A DNA stretch of 61,261 nucleotides from Candidatus Udaeobacter sp. Its GTDB lineage: Bacteria > Verrucomicrobiota > Verrucomicrobiia > Chthoniobacterales > UBA10450. Position 1 is the first letter of the stretch. Every line of letters begins with the position of its first letter. The notes below the pieces were generated by a model, which ran no database searches, had not been told where the DNA came from, and worked only from the letters and a program-made list of their open reading frames with translations. Made by a program: the position numbers and the translations under genes. The stretch lies in assembly GCA_013372845.1 (NCBI GenBank), contig JAALOD010000002.1:29428-90688 (forward strand). Reading direction: 5' to 3'. Positions 58,966 through 61,261 of this stretch are shown here, one piece after another.

Positions 58966-59128
58966 AGTCACGCCGAGGCCTCGCCCGACTCCGCACCCTC
59001 GTCCAACTCCGCAACCAAGACCCTAATTCTGCTCCTGTCGTGCCTCACTAGCCAAGACGCGCAAAAAATGGAGGGTTTTTGACAACCGATGCCAAGCTCA
59101 GGAGGGCATGGGAGTTCATGGTATCGGC

Positions 59129-60160
59129 ATGAAAAGACCGAGTATTCGAAATATTCTCGTGCCGATCGATTTCTCAAAGATGTCGATCGGCGCCATCAAA
59201 ACCGCTAGACAACTGGCGGGGCGTTTTCCCGCTACCATACACATCGCGCATGTTCGGCGGGTTGATTATGCAACCGCGTTTTCGGCGCCGTCTCCGACAA
59301 TCGCCCCATTTCCGCTCATGACATATGACCAGGACGCAGAGAAACGTGTCCTACAAGAACTGAACGGGTTGGCATGCGAACACGGCATCTCATCGGCGAG
59401 CTGCCATGTTGTCGGCGGTGGTCCCGCGTTTGATGAAATCTGTCGGTTAGCGCAGAAAATTCCTGCCGATCTTATCGTGATGCCAACGCATGGGCGCACA
59501 GGATTGAAGCACGTTTTCCTTGGCAGCACAGCTGAGCGAGTTGTGCGGCATTCGCCATGTCCGGTACTCGTGGTACGAGAAAGAAGGCGACAATCGAAAA
59601 CCGGACCACGGCTCACGATTAAGAGGATCCTTGTGCCCGTAGATTTTTCCGAGTGTTCGAAGGAAGGTCTCCAATACGCAATCGGCTTCGCCAATCAATT
59701 TGGAGCCAGGATCATGCTACTTCATGCCACATATCTAGGATACATCTATTCGAGCGAGGGCACAGCGCTCTACGACGTCCGCGGGTTACAGAACGCGGCC
59801 CGCGAAAATGCGGAGCGCCAAATGCAAAAGTTCGTGCGTTCGGCAAAATTCGGATGCGTGAAATATGAGACAGCATTTACTGATGGCTCGCCGGCTCTGG
59901 ATATCTGTGCGTTTGCAAAGCAGCACGATATCGATTTGATCATTAGTTCCACGCACGGCCTAACCGGTTTTGAACATGTACTGATCGGAAGCATCGCAGA
60001 GAAAGTCGTGCGACGCGCGCCTTGTTCCGTTTTGGTGGTGCCGTCTCATCCGCAGACGAGAATCGCCAATCTGGAGGAAGCAGGCGCACACACGCGACGA
60101 ACAACCGCCCAGAAGCGCCAACAAGGACGCCAGCCGATAACACATACTGCCGGTCGCTGA
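59129..60160 (+). CDS. Tandem-domain universal stress protein
   Basis: The two USP modules begin IRNILVPIDFSKMS and KRILVPVDFSECS. Each module also contains a PTHGRTGLKHVFLGSTAERVVRHSPCPVLVV-type segment. Confidence 0.88.
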   Translation: MKRPSIRNILVPIDFSKMSIGAIKTARQLAGRFPATIHIAHVRRVDYATAFSAPSPTIAPFPLMTYDQDAEKRVLQELNGLACEHGISSASCHVVGGGPAFDEICRLAQKIPADLIVMPTHGRTGLKHVFLGSTAERVVRHSPCPVLVVRERRRQSKTGPRLTIKRILVPVDFSECSKEGLQYAIGFANQFGARIMLLHATYLGYIYSSEGTALYDVRGLQNAARENAERQMQKFVRSAKFGCVKYETAFTDGSPALDICAFAKQHDIDLIISSTHGLTGFEHVLIGSIAEKVVRRAPCSVLVVPSHPQTRIANLEEAGAHTRRTTAQKRQQGRQPITHTAGR

Positions 60161-60164
60161 TCAA

Positions 60165-61088
60165 ATGGAACGAAAGATCGTGACACAGAAGAACGACAAA
60201 CGACCGATCGTTTGTGGAACGGATTTTTCCCTGGCGAGCGAGGCAGTTGACATTGCGGCGGCGATGGCGAGACGGCTTGAGACAAAACTTGTTCTTGTCC
60301 ATGTGGACCAATTGCTTGGGGCTCTCGTGTCTAATCCAGTTGTGCTTGAAGCTGCGATTTTGCAAAGACGGGGTGACCTAGATGATGAAGCGCAGCGGGT
60401 GCGCGAGCTGGGAACGCAGGTCGACGAAAAATTTCTTTCTGGTTCCGCCTGTGACGAATTAGTAACGGCGGCCAAGAAATCAAAGGCGCGATTCATTGTC
60501 GTCGGAGCGGTCGGGCACGGTCTCGCCCGACGATTACTCCTCGGAAGCGTAGCCGAGCGTACGGCCGAAACTTCGCGCACCCCCACGTTAGTGGTGCGTC
60601 GTGGTGGGAGATTTGGCTCGTGGATTCGCGGCGAATACCCGTTGAAAGTTCTAGTAGGATACGATTTTTCCGCTGCCAGCGATGCCGCTTTGGATTGGGT
60701 TAATCAGCTGCGGGAGATCGGCCAATGCCAAAGCACGGTACTTTACAGCAGCTGGCCGCCGGATGAAACACGCAGGTTGCGCTATCAGGGATCGCCGCCG
60801 TTGGCAGTGAATCCAAAAAAAAATCAAAAAGTACTTGAACGCGATCTCACAGAACGTGTCGCCACGTTCCTGCCGGAGCAACAAGTGACGGCCATCGTAG
60901 AGTCCGGCTGGGGAACTCCGGAAGGATACCTGTTCGAAATCGCGAGCAAACGACACGTCGATCTGATCGTCGTCGGAACTCACCAGCGACAAGGTTTAGG
61001 CCGCGTACTCTTGGGGTCGGTTTCGCGCGCTGTCTTGCATCATGCAAAGATGACAGTAGCCGTTGTTCCTCCAGCGGCGCGAAAATAA
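60165..61088 (+). CDS. Tandem-domain universal stress protein
   Basis: PIVCGTDFSLASEAV..GAVGHGLARRLLLGSVAERTAETSRTPTLVV and KVLVGYDFSAASDAAL..GTHQRQGLGRVLLGSVSRAVLHHAKMTVAVV. It starts 4 nt after the previous stop. Confidence 0.85.
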   Translation: MERKIVTQKNDKRPIVCGTDFSLASEAVDIAAAMARRLETKLVLVHVDQLLGALVSNPVVLEAAILQRRGDLDDEAQRVRELGTQVDEKFLSGSACDELVTAAKKSKARFIVVGAVGHGLARRLLLGSVAERTAETSRTPTLVVRRGGRFGSWIRGEYPLKVLVGYDFSAASDAALDWVNQLREIGQCQSTVLYSSWPPDETRRLRYQGSPPLAVNPKKNQKVLERDLTERVATFLPEQQVTAIVESGWGTPEGYLFEIASKRHVDLIVVGTHQRQGLGRVLLGSVSRAVLHHAKMTVAVVPPAARK

Positions 61089-61093
61089 CCAAT

Positions 61094-61261
61094 ATGCCAA
61101 CGGAACCACCCAGGCGAAGTCGTCGTTCTCGTGTCAAACCAGAACGCATTTTGGTGCCGGTCGATTTCTCCGACTCCTCCGCGCGTGCGCTGCAGTACGC
61201 CGCAAAACGCGCCGCAGAATGCAGCGGGTCGTTGATAATTGTTCACGTCGTCCCGGCAGAC
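61094..61261 (+). CDS. Universal stress protein, 5' part only (runs off the window)
   Basis: MPTEPPRRSRRSRVKPERILVPVDFSDSSARALQYAAKRAAECSGSLIIVHVVPAD. Confidence 0.75.
   Translation, partial: MPTEPPRRSRRSRVKPERILVPVDFSDSSARALQYAAKRAAECSGSLIIVHVVPAD

Overview
This is a 61.3-kb chromosomal segment from a moderately GC-rich bacterium. Gene content and the repeat families look like a soil PVC/Verrucomicrobia-type genome, but that is an impression and cannot be tested here.

Recognisable content, left to right:
- a PBP5-like DD-carboxypeptidase and a glyoxalase-fold protein
- a broken ATP-grasp ligase plus a broken YbdK-type ligase
- a complete 2-aminoethylphosphonate (AEP) locus: pepM-nucleotidyltransferase fusion, ppd and phnW, divergent from a translationally coupled operon of CDP-alcohol phosphatidyltransferase, flippase-like membrane protein and LicC-like nucleotidyltransferase
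- an hpnA-like SDR gene split by a 3.33-kb block that carries a second lipid-head-group-like module
- two diverged ~1-kb direct repeats
- dnaA and dnaN, then an M50 protease and an FAD oxidoreductase
- folD, a DUF374 acyltransferase-like gene, ubiX, two esterases, accA, a LysM protein, an AsmA-like protein, nfo, murA, prmC, prfA and rpmE
- an acyl-CoA synthetase-like enzyme, a ROK kinase and tRNA-Leu(UAG)
- a tesA-like lipase divergent from a YbbA/YbbP-type ABC pair
- an MgtA-type and a heavy-metal P-type ATPase, and pfkA
- a terminal island of five universal-stress-protein genes with a cNMP-binding protein and a PocR-AraC regulator

The most striking global property is that about a third of the window is riddled with single-base frame breaks, including in dnaA, dnaN and prfA, while long neighbouring stretches are perfectly intact. 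The breaks I could resolve are mostly single-base losses in short homopolymers. Many 'pseudogene' calls below may therefore be consensus errors rather than biology.

I saw no CRISPR array, rRNA, integrase or recognisable transposase.

Best candidates for follow-up:
- the phosphonate head-group locus
- the in-frame-restorable 3.33-kb insertion in the SDR gene, and the chimeric ORF it creates
- the repeat pair upstream of dnaA
- a three-copy ~90-bp palindromic element
- the USP island
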